The notes beneath the pieces are model-generated. The model ran no database searches, was not told where the DNA came from, and was given only the letters and a program-made list of their open reading frames with translations. Shown piece after piece: positions 21,200 to 28,954 of a DNA stretch of 64,000 nucleotides. Numbering within the stretch: position 1 is the stretch's first letter; each line of letters opens with the position of its first letter. The position numbers and the translations under genes are program-made. Source of the stretch: a bacterium (GTDB taxonomy: Bacteria; UBA10199; JACPAL01; GCA-016699445); NCBI GenBank assembly GCA_036274695.1, contig DASUFF010000141.1:3123-67122 (forward strand), read 5' to 3'.

Positions 21200-21876
21200 A
21201 CTTCCTGATGGCGTTCTTGCTCCTCGTCAAACGGTATTTCCGGTACGAAACGGTCGGACTGGAGCATATTCCCAAACGCGGGCCGGCCCTGATCGTCATG
21301 AACCACGGCGTCCTGCCGTTCCATTCCTTCGCCCTGGTCTACGAGATTTACAAGAAGACGGGCGTCCTGCCGAGGAGCCTCGCGGCGGAGTTTCTTTTCA
21401 AAATTCCCGTCGTCAAGGACCTGTTCGAAAAGGGCGGGGCCGTCTGCGCTTCTCCCGAAAACGCCGAAAAGCTCCTGCGCGCCGGCCATCTCGTGACGGT
21501 CTCCCCCGGCGGGATCTACGAGGGCCTGGTCACGCGGCCGGACGCGGTTTGCCTTCCCTGGGAGAGCCATTTCGGATTCGCTCAGGTCGCCTGCAAGCTG
21601 GGCGTGCCGATCGTTCCGACCTACTGCCGGGGATTGAACAAGGCCTACGTCACGTCGCAGAGGTTTTTGGAGGAACGGACCTGGCTCCTCAAGCGGATCC
21701 GGTTTTCGATTCCGTTCTTTTTCGGGTTGGGGCTCTTTCCCTTCCCCGTCAAACTCACGCACGTGATCGGCAGCCCTATTTCCACGAAGCCCCGGAAGGG
21801 CGAGCCTCCGGATCGACGGGTTTGGCGGGTCCATGACCGGACGATCGCGGCGGTGACGCGTCTGGCGGAAGGATGA
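21196..21876 (+). CDS. Lysophospholipid/1-acyl-glycerol-3-phosphate acyltransferase-like protein (PlsC family)
   Basis: MNFLMAFLLLVKRYFRYETVGLEHIPKRGPALIVMNHGVLP.. ; ATGA overlap with the upstream gene at 21196-21199. Confidence 0.65.
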   Translation: MNFLMAFLLLVKRYFRYETVGLEHIPKRGPALIVMNHGVLPFHSFALVYEIYKKTGVLPRSLAAEFLFKIPVVKDLFEKGGAVCASPENAEKLLRAGHLVTVSPGGIYEGLVTRPDAVCLPWESHFGFAQVACKLGVPIVPTYCRGLNKAYVTSQRFLEERTWLLKRIRFSIPFFFGLGLFPFPVKLTHVIGSPISTKPRKGEPPDRRVWRVHDRTIAAVTRLAEG

Positions 21877-21910
21877 CGCCGAACCCTCTTCTTGCCAGAG
21901 CTGCAGGGAC

Positions 21911-22972
21911 TTGGTAGCCCGAGACATGTCCTCCCCCCTCGAAGAATCCTCCTGGCATCTTTTGGAATACGTGCCCGACGCGACCCTGATCGTCGACCGC
22001 GAGGGGCGCATCCTCTTCGTCAATTCCCTGGCGCAGAAACTCTTCGGCTACGGGCCGGGCGAGCTGGTCGGGCAGGCCATGGAGGTTTTGATCCCCCAGC
22101 GGTTCCGCGAACGGCACGTGCATCACCGCAAGGAATACGCCCACGGACCCAAGCCGCGGCCCATGGGGGCGGGGCTCGATCTTTACGGCGTGCGGAAGGA
22201 CGGCACGGAGTTCCCCACGGAGATCAGCCTCAGCCCCATCCAAACGGGCGACAGCGTGCGGGTCATGGCGGCGATCCGCGACGTGACGGACAGCCGGTTG
22301 AAGGAGCGGCTGGCCACTTTGGGGCATTTGGCGGGGAGCATCGCGCACGAGCTGCGCAACCCGCTCGCCACCATCGACAGCTCGGTGTATTTCCTGAAGG
22401 CCAAGCTCAAAGACGCGGACCCGAAGGTCGCCGAGCATTTGAGCCGGATTAAGTCCGCCGTCACGGCGGCGACGTCGGTCATCCAGAGTCTACTGGACCT
22501 GACGCGGATGAAGCCGCCGCTGATGTCGCGCGTGGACGTGGCGGCGACGGTGGACGAGGCGGTGGCAGCGATCAAAGACATCGGCTCCATCGACGTCGTC
22601 CGCGATTATCCGGCGGAGGGCGCCTTCGTGCCGGGGGACTCCCAGCAGCTCCTGATGGCGTTCGGCAACGTCGCGAAAAACGCGGTCGACGCCATGAAGG
22701 GCAAGGGACGCCTCGTCCTCAGCGTGCGCAAGACGGAGCCCCACCACGTGGAGATTTCGTTTTCGGACACGGGGCCGGGGATCCCGGAGGAAAATCTGGA
22801 CCGGATCTTCCAGCCGCTTTTCAGCACCAAGGCCACGGGTATCGGTTTCGGCCTCTCCATTGCGAAGATGGTGACGGACCGGCACGAGGGAAGCATCCGC
22901 GCCCATACGGAGCCGGGGAAGGGGGCGACGTTCGTCTTGAGATTTCCTCTTTATCGGGAAAAAACAGCTTGA
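21911..22972 (+). CDS. PAS-domain sensor histidine kinase
   Basis: PAS region, H-box SIAHELRNPL, and HATPase G-boxes (DTGPGIPEE, GIGFGLSI). Confidence 0.85.
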   Translation: MVARDMSSPLEESSWHLLEYVPDATLIVDREGRILFVNSLAQKLFGYGPGELVGQAMEVLIPQRFRERHVHHRKEYAHGPKPRPMGAGLDLYGVRKDGTEFPTEISLSPIQTGDSVRVMAAIRDVTDSRLKERLATLGHLAGSIAHELRNPLATIDSSVYFLKAKLKDADPKVAEHLSRIKSAVTAATSVIQSLLDLTRMKPPLMSRVDVAATVDEAVAAIKDIGSIDVVRDYPAEGAFVPGDSQQLLMAFGNVAKNAVDAMKGKGRLVLSVRKTEPHHVEISFSDTGPGIPEENLDRIFQPLFSTKATGIGFGLSIAKMVTDRHEGSIRAHTEPGKGATFVLRFPLYREKTA

Positions 22973-22990
22973 TAAACTCTTAAACCGATC

Positions 22991-23359
22991 ATGATGGCCT
23001 TTCTTAAAAAGGTGCTGCTGGCGGACGACAATCTCGAGTTCTGCCGCAATATAAGCGATATCTTGGAGCTCAAGGACTACCAGGTGGTCACCGCCCACGA
23101 CGGGCATGAGGCCTTGGAGTTGGCCAAAAACGAGCGGTTTGACTTGGCCCTGATGGACGTCCGCATGCCCGTCATGGACGGTCTCGAGGCCTTCGACCGG
23201 ATGCAGTCCGCCTTGGTGCAGGTCCCCGTCATCATGATGTCCGCCTTCGCGGTCGAGGAAAACCTCCAGCAGAAGCCCATATACGCCTACCTGAAGAAAC
23301 CCATCGACTTCGATCGGTTGATGGCGCTTTTGGACAATTTGGAACAGCAAAGGGCTTAA
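22991..23359 (+). CDS. Single-domain response regulator (CheY-like receiver)
   Basis: LLADDN...DLALMDVRMPVMDG...KKP. Confidence 0.85.
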   Translation: MMAFLKKVLLADDNLEFCRNISDILELKDYQVVTAHDGHEALELAKNERFDLALMDVRMPVMDGLEAFDRMQSALVQVPVIMMSAFAVEENLQQKPIYAYLKKPIDFDRLMALLDNLEQQRA

Positions 23360-24382
23360 GTGTCCATGGAGCCTCTGGAGCCTCAATTCCGCGTCCTGAT
23401 CGTCGACGACGACCGCGATCTCGCGCTTAACCTGCAGGACATCTTGGAAAGCCGCGGCTACTCGGCGTCCGTGGCCGCGACGGCGGCGGAGGGCCTGGAG
23501 GCCGCCCGGCGCCAAGTCTTCGATCTCGCCGTGGTGGACGTGCGGTTGCCCGACATGCCGGGCACGGCCTTGATCGAGAAGCTGATCCTCCTCTGTCCCG
23601 GCCTCGAATCCATTCTCATCACCGGCTTCGTCTCCCTGGAGACGGCCATCGCCGCCATCCGGCAGAAGCATATCGTCGCTTATGAAGTGAAGCCCGTCGA
23701 CTTGGACCGCCTCATCGCCGTCTTGGAACAGGTCGCACGGAAGAAAAGGCTCGAGCGGGAGCTGCTCGACGTGCGGGAACGGGAGAGGGGGCGCATCGGA
23801 CGGGAGCTTCACGACGGCTTGGGCCAGCACTTGACCGGCATCGCCCTTCACGCCCAGGTCCTGTGCGGGGCCCTAAAAGACAAGAAGCTCGCCGAGGCGG
23901 ACCACGCCTTCCGGATCGCTCACATGATCAACGAGGCGATCCAAGAGGCCGGGCGGCTCGCGCGGGGCTTGGCGCCCGTGGTCCTGGAACAGAGGGGGTT
24001 GAAGGCCGCCCTCGAGGAGTTGACCTCCGGGATCGAAACGGCCTCGGGCGTTCCCTGCCGCCTGGAATGGAGCCCGGACGTCCGCGATCCCGGGCAGGAC
24101 GCGGCCATCCACGTCTACCGGCTCGTCCAGGAGGCGGTGAACAATGCCGCCAAGCACGCCGCCGCCAAGGCCGTTCGCGTCCAGGTCGCGGGCGACGGCG
24201 AAGGCACGATGATCCGGATTTCCGACGACGGCGTCGGCCTGCCGGAGAAGGCCTCGGAGAAGGGCGGGATGGGTCTGAACATCATGCGTTACCGCGCGGG
24301 CGTCATCGGCGCCAGCCTGGAACTCATGCCGAACGAAAACGGCGGCACCGTCGTCTGTGTCCGATGCCGCCGATGGATGTGA
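23360..24382 (+). CDS. Hybrid receiver / HisKA_3-type histidine kinase
   Basis: N-terminal receiver (VLIVDDD..DLAVVDVRLPDMPG); H-box RIGRELHDGLGQHLTGI; HATPase_c region. Confidence 0.8.
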   Translation: MSMEPLEPQFRVLIVDDDRDLALNLQDILESRGYSASVAATAAEGLEAARRQVFDLAVVDVRLPDMPGTALIEKLILLCPGLESILITGFVSLETAIAAIRQKHIVAYEVKPVDLDRLIAVLEQVARKKRLERELLDVRERERGRIGRELHDGLGQHLTGIALHAQVLCGALKDKKLAEADHAFRIAHMINEAIQEAGRLARGLAPVVLEQRGLKAALEELTSGIETASGVPCRLEWSPDVRDPGQDAAIHVYRLVQEAVNNAAKHAAAKAVRVQVAGDGEGTMIRISDDGVGLPEKASEKGGMGLNIMRYRAGVIGASLELMPNENGGTVVCVRCRRWM

Positions 24383-24432
24383 ACGGGTCCTTTCGCTGGA
24401 AGTTCCGGGCCGAATGACCTAAAAAGAAAATC

Positions 24433-25116
24433 ATGGTCGAAACGGGCAAAAAGAAAAAAGGGACGCCGGAACGGGCGCGGATACTGATCGTGGACGACCA
24501 CCCCGTCGTGCGGCAGGGTCTCGCGTTGTTGATCGGGCAGCAGCCCGACTTGTCCGTCTGCGGCGAGGCCGAGGACGCCTTTCGCGCCCTTTCCGCCATC
24601 GAGGCCTTGAAGCCCGACTTGGTCCTGGCCGACGTCTCCCTGAAAGGGGCCGACGGCATCGAACTGACCAAGGACATCAAGGCCCGTTTTCCCTCCGTGC
24701 CCGTCCTGGTCTTATCGATGCTCGACGAATCCTTCTACGCCGAGCGGGCCCTCCGCGCCGGCGCCAAGGGCTACGTCATGAAGCAGGAGGCCACCGACAA
24801 GATCCTCACGGCAATCCGCCGCGTCTTGGGCGGCGAGGTCTTCGTGAGCGATAAGATGGTCAGCCGCATGCTCCAAAAGATGGCCGGGGACTCGGCCGCG
24901 GGCGGATCGCCGGTGGATCTTCTGAGCGACCGCGAGATGACCGTCTTCCAGCTCATCGGGCGCGGCTACTCCACCGCGCGCATCGCCGAGGATCTGCATT
25001 TGAGCGTGAAGACCGTCGAGACCCACCGGGCCCACATCAAGGAAAAATTGAATTTGGCCGACGCCGCCGAGCTTTCGGGATACGCCGGCCAGTGGCTGAG
25101 CCGGCAGGGCGAGTAA
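24433..25116 (+). CDS. NarL/FixJ-family response regulator (receiver + LuxR-type HTH)
   Basis: ILIVDDHPVVRQG..; C-terminal LSDREMTVFQLIGRGYSTARIAEDLHLSVKTVETHR. Confidence 0.9.
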   Translation: MVETGKKKKGTPERARILIVDDHPVVRQGLALLIGQQPDLSVCGEAEDAFRALSAIEALKPDLVLADVSLKGADGIELTKDIKARFPSVPVLVLSMLDESFYAERALRAGAKGYVMKQEATDKILTAIRRVLGGEVFVSDKMVSRMLQKMAGDSAAGGSPVDLLSDREMTVFQLIGRGYSTARIAEDLHLSVKTVETHRAHIKEKLNLADAAELSGYAGQWLSRQGE

Positions 25117-25249
25117 GCCCCCCCGATGCGGCCATCGGGGAATCCCCGATGCGCCCTCGGCTGAGGTCCTCAACGAAAAATCAGGTCTCGCCCCGATTGT
25201 CGGCGGACGGCCCCTCCCGTAAGTTGGGCTCATCAAAAGGGAGGTCCCC

Positions 25250-25888
25250 ATGAGCCACAACGCCATCAACCGCATCTTTCGAAAGAAACAATCCCTCTTC
25301 TACGAAGGCGCCCCGGCGGCCGGCGTCTACGTGGTCCGGTCGGGCCAGGTCAAAGTCTTCAAGACGGGTCCGGAGGGCAAGGAGCTCATTTTGAGAATCG
25401 CGAAGGCGGGGGATCTCCTGGGGGCCGAGTCCATCTTGTCAGGGCAGACCTGCACCTCCACGGCCGAGATGCTGGAGGACGGCGAGGTGTCCTTCACCGA
25501 CAAGAATTCCTTCCTCGACAAGCTGCGCCGGGAGCCGCAGATGGCCTCCGACCTCATGCGCTCGCTCGCCTCCGAGCTGGTGGCCAGCCAGGAGGTGCGC
25601 GTGGAACTCGCCCAGTCCTCCGTCCGCGAGCGGATGGCGAAACTTTTGGCGACTTTGGCCGCGGAGCATGGCTCGCAGGTGAAGAAGGGAATCCGCATCC
25701 AGCTTTCACTCTCCCGCGAGGAGATGGCGGACATGATCGGCACCGCCTCCGAGACCGCCATGCGCCTGCTCAAGGATTTCCGCGAGGAGAACCTTTTGGA
25801 AGTGCACGGCCGCGAGATCTTAGTATTGGACCGCAACCGTCTGTTGCGGACGGCGGGGATGGAAGAGTCCTGGAGGATGGCATGCTGA
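25250..25888 (+). CDS. Crp/Fnr-family transcriptional regulator
   Basis: cNMP-binding beta-roll followed by a C-terminal HTH (REEMADMIGTASETAMRLLKDF). Confidence 0.85.
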   Translation: MSHNAINRIFRKKQSLFYEGAPAAGVYVVRSGQVKVFKTGPEGKELILRIAKAGDLLGAESILSGQTCTSTAEMLEDGEVSFTDKNSFLDKLRREPQMASDLMRSLASELVASQEVRVELAQSSVRERMAKLLATLAAEHGSQVKKGIRIQLSLSREEMADMIGTASETAMRLLKDFREENLLEVHGREILVLDRNRLLRTAGMEESWRMAC

Positions 25889-26658
25889 CCCGAAGACGCA
25901 TGGAGGGGAAGACGGCCATCGTCACCGGCGGCTCCAAGGGCATCGGCCGCGCCGCCTGCCTGATGCTCGCCCGGGAGGGCGCGAAGGTCGCCGTCGCCGA
26001 CACGGACGATTCGGCCGGCCGCGACGTGGTGGAGCGCATCGTCGCCTCGGGGGGCGAGGGCCGCTACTGGCATTTGAACGTCGGCAGCGAGGCGGAGGTG
26101 AAGAAGACGTTCGACGAGGTCGCGCGCGCCTTCGGCGAGATCAACGTGCTGGTCAACAACGCCGGCATCGCCGGAATCAACCGTCCCACGCACGAGATCT
26201 CGGAGGCCGAGTGGGACGAGGTCATGCGCGTGAACGTGAAGGGCGTCTTCTTCGGCGTCAAACACGCCGTGCCCCACATGAAGAAGGCCGGGGGCGGGAG
26301 CATCGTCAACCTGTCGTCCATCTACGGCCTGATCAGCGCCCCGGACGTCCCGCCGTACCACGCCTCCAAGGGCGCCGTGCGTCTGATGACCAAGACCGAC
26401 GCCCTCCTCTACGCCAAGGACAAGATCCGGGTGAATTCCATCCACCCCGGCTTCATCTGGACCCCGATGGTGGAGGGTTTTCTCAAGTCCCAAGGAGACG
26501 TGAACGCGGGCATCAAGGCGACGGGGGAGCTGCATCCCCTCGGCCACCTGGGCGAGCCGGACGACATCGCCTACGGCATCCTTTATCTGGCCTCCGACGA
26601 ATCGAAGTTCGTGACGGGCTCGGAGCTGGTCATCGACGGCGGCTACACCGCCCGATAG
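25882..26658 (+). CDS. Short-chain dehydrogenase/reductase (SDR)
   Basis: TGGSKGIGRA Rossmann motif, NNAG, and YHASKGAV catalytic Tyr/Lys. Confidence 0.9.
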   Translation: MLTRRRMEGKTAIVTGGSKGIGRAACLMLAREGAKVAVADTDDSAGRDVVERIVASGGEGRYWHLNVGSEAEVKKTFDEVARAFGEINVLVNNAGIAGINRPTHEISEAEWDEVMRVNVKGVFFGVKHAVPHMKKAGGGSIVNLSSIYGLISAPDVPPYHASKGAVRLMTKTDALLYAKDKIRVNSIHPGFIWTPMVEGFLKSQGDVNAGIKATGELHPLGHLGEPDDIAYGILYLASDESKFVTGSELVIDGGYTAR

Positions 26659-26675
26659 TAGGGTAGGAGGCCCCC

Positions 26676-26828
26676 ATGATCCGCAAACTCCCTTCCGGTC
26701 ACTACCGTTTGTATTCCCGCAGCATCAACCCCAAGACCGGCCGGCGGCGCAATTTGGGCACGTTCCCGACGCGCGCGGCGGCCGTGAAGCATGAGCGGGC
26801 GGTGCAGTTCTTCAAGAGACGCGGGTAA
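26676..26828 (+). CDS. Orphan 50-aa AP2/integrase-type (Arm-like) DNA-binding domain protein
   Basis: Not in the ORF track (<60 aa). MIRKLPSGHYRLYSRSINPKTGRRRNLGTFPTRAAAVKHERAVQFFKRRG matches the ..LPSGxYRx..G.R.SLGTF.T..EA.. pattern of phage-integrase N-terminal/AP2 domains. Strong SD AGGAGG 5 nt upstream. Confidence 0.5.
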   Translation: MIRKLPSGHYRLYSRSINPKTGRRRNLGTFPTRAAAVKHERAVQFFKRRG

Positions 26829-26836
26829 GGCGCCGA

Positions 26837-28819
26837 TCATTTGACGAGGGGGAGGTAGACATCGAAGGTCGTTCCTTCCCCGAGCCGGCTGTCGGCCGTC
26901 ACGAATCCTCCCACCTTCCGCAGAAAGTTCGCCACCATCGTCATGCCGAATCCCCTCGGCGCGTTGCCCGCGGGCTTGGTGGTGAACCCGAGCTCGAATA
27001 TGCGGCGGAGGGTTTCCTCCGTCATGCCCTCGCCGTTGTCCCGGACGCGGAGACGGACGTAGCGGCCGGGCCGGACTTCGAAGGGGGCGGCTTGCCGGGA
27101 CAGGCTCGCCGCCGTCTCCTCGGTCACGTCGGCCTTTTCCGAGCCGATGAAGAGACGCGGATGCCGGCGGCCTTTCATGGCGTCGCGGGCGTTGACGACC
27201 AAGTTGTCGAGCACGCGCAGCAGCTCGCCCGCCGGTCCGGGCACGAGGGCGGGCTCGTTGCCGGGCGCGAGGACCAAGTCCTGGCGGGAGCCGAAGAGAA
27301 GAGCCAGGCTCGAGGGCTGCAGCAGGACGTTCAAGTCCACGGCGGGAACGCTCCCGCCGCGGCCCGAATTCCGGAAATCCTGCAGCATCTGAAGCGCCCG
27401 CTCGGTGGCCAGGCGCGTCTCTTTCAACCCTTCCGAAAAATCATCGAAGGCGCCTGGCGGGAGGCTGTCTCCCGACAGGCGTTCTAAGCCCTCCTCCAGG
27501 AAGGAGTGGTTGGCGAGGAGGACGGCGAAGACGTTGTTCAAGTCGTGCGCCAGGGAATGTCCCGCGAAACGGAGCGCGGACGCCTCGGCCTGGAGCGCCA
27601 GGCGGCTTTGCGAATCCGGTTCCGCCTCGATCCGGCGCATGACGCCCGAGAAATGCGTGACGACGCCGTTTTGACGGTGGGCGATCAAGGCCATGGAGAC
27701 GGGGATCTCGCCGCCCGCGGCGTCCAAGAGCGCGGTGTTTCCCATCCAGAGCCCCTCGCTGAAGGCCGTGGGGACCGCGGTGCGCTTGATTTGTTCCAGG
27801 GCCCATGCGGGGTGCAGGGCGTCGGTGGCGACGTTCGAGAGGTCGTCGTTCGCATCCCACTTCCTGATTTTCCTCAAGGCCTCGTTGCCATAGAGCATCC
27901 GGCCGTCGGGCGCGACGCTCAAGACGAAGTCGGAGGAGACGGCGAGGGTTTCGCGCAGCCGCCTGCTTTCCTCCTGCGCGTTCCTGCGGTCGGTGACGTC
28001 CCGCTGGGAGGCGTGGATCTCCAAGATCCGTCCCGACCCCGGATCGCGGACGGCCCGCGCCCGGGTTTCCATCCAGCGCCACGAGCCGTCCTTGTGCAGC
28101 AGCCGGTGCTCGAAGACGTTCAAGGCGCTCCGTTCCAGGATCTCCCCGTGCCGGGCCCGGATGTGCTCCAAGTCCTCCGGGTGGATGAATTCGTAGGCGG
28201 AGCGGCCGACCACCTCCTCCGGCCTGTAACCCGTGATGGTTTCGTTGGCGGGGGAGACGTAAGTAATGACGCCTTCGGCGGTCATCCGCGAGATCGCGTC
28301 CGTGGTGGTGCCTTCGAGCACGCGGCGCAGGTCCTCGCTTTTCATCATGCGGTCGCGGAACAGGCAGCGCTCCGTCGTTTTCGTGAAGAACAGGAATCCC
28401 AGCCCCTTTCCGCCGTCGCGGGACAGAAAGTGCACGGCGCCGTTCAAGTCGAAGCAATTTTGGCAGCCGTCCGCCGTGATGAGATGGACGTCCTTCTCCT
28501 CGAACTCTTCGCCCGGTCTCAGGGCGAGGAGGGTTTCGACCAGCTCGCGCCGCAAATGATGGGAGAGCAGCGGGGCTTCGTCGCTTCGGAGGGCCAGTGT
28601 CCTCAGAAGCGCGATGTTCCCTTGCAGGATTCTTCCCGCTTCGAGGGCGTTCCCGGGCTCGAAGGCGAGAGCGGGATGGGGGTAAAGGTCCAAGAAATTT
28701 TTCAGGGAGGACGGCGGTATATTTCCCCGTCCGGCGTCGTCCGCTGAGATCACGCGCGGGAGGGAGGAACCGTTCGCCGAGGCCATGCACAGCCAGGGCG
28801 TTTGAACGATCGGATTCAT
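26837..28819 (-). CDS. Multi-PAS sensor histidine kinase
   Basis: Several PAS repeats, H-box FAGHSLAHDLNNV, HATPase (DNGEGMTEE, GFGMTMV). Start likely MNPIVQT (28819); the ORF track extends to 28870. Confidence 0.8.
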   Translation of the reverse strand: MNPIVQTPWLCMASANGSSLPRVISADDAGRGNIPPSSLKNFLDLYPHPALAFEPGNALEAGRILQGNIALLRTLALRSDEAPLLSHHLRRELVETLLALRPGEEFEEKDVHLITADGCQNCFDLNGAVHFLSRDGGKGLGFLFFTKTTERCLFRDRMMKSEDLRRVLEGTTTDAISRMTAEGVITYVSPANETITGYRPEEVVGRSAYEFIHPEDLEHIRARHGEILERSALNVFEHRLLHKDGSWRWMETRARAVRDPGSGRILEIHASQRDVTDRRNAQEESRRLRETLAVSSDFVLSVAPDGRMLYGNEALRKIRKWDANDDLSNVATDALHPAWALEQIKRTAVPTAFSEGLWMGNTALLDAAGGEIPVSMALIAHRQNGVVTHFSGVMRRIEAEPDSQSRLALQAEASALRFAGHSLAHDLNNVFAVLLANHSFLEEGLERLSGDSLPPGAFDDFSEGLKETRLATERALQMLQDFRNSGRGGSVPAVDLNVLLQPSSLALLFGSRQDLVLAPGNEPALVPGPAGELLRVLDNLVVNARDAMKGRRHPRLFIGSEKADVTEETAASLSRQAAPFEVRPGRYVRLRVRDNGEGMTEETLRRIFELGFTTKPAGNAPRGFGMTMVANFLRKVGGFVTADSRLGEGTTFDVYLPLVK

Positions 28820-28954
28820 GAAACACCTCTTTCGCCCGGAGACGTAGCGCGGAAGAGGACCGGCCCCCATGACCCGCCGCAGGAGTCTTTATGATTTTTA
28901 TCAGCTAACCTGCTGAAATTGTTGAATTATTTTGTTCCATGTCGCGGAAAATTT

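Noticed and set aside
22490-23851. 453-aa minus-strand ORF; also 25327..26547 (406 aa), 27441..28826 (461 aa), 38796..40265 (489 aa), 41597..42826 (409 aa), 43149..44285 (378 aa), 61889..63610 (573 aa)
   Set aside because: All are antisense to strongly supported genes (kinases, Crp/SDR, nrdJ, ccoP/N, sdhA) and show shadow-ORF composition.
25117-25249. Hairpin CCCGATG-cggc-CATCGGG downstream of the NarL-type regulator as a terminator or riboswitch
   Set aside because: No poly-U tract and no recognisable riboswitch consensus; probably incidental GC-rich secondary structure.
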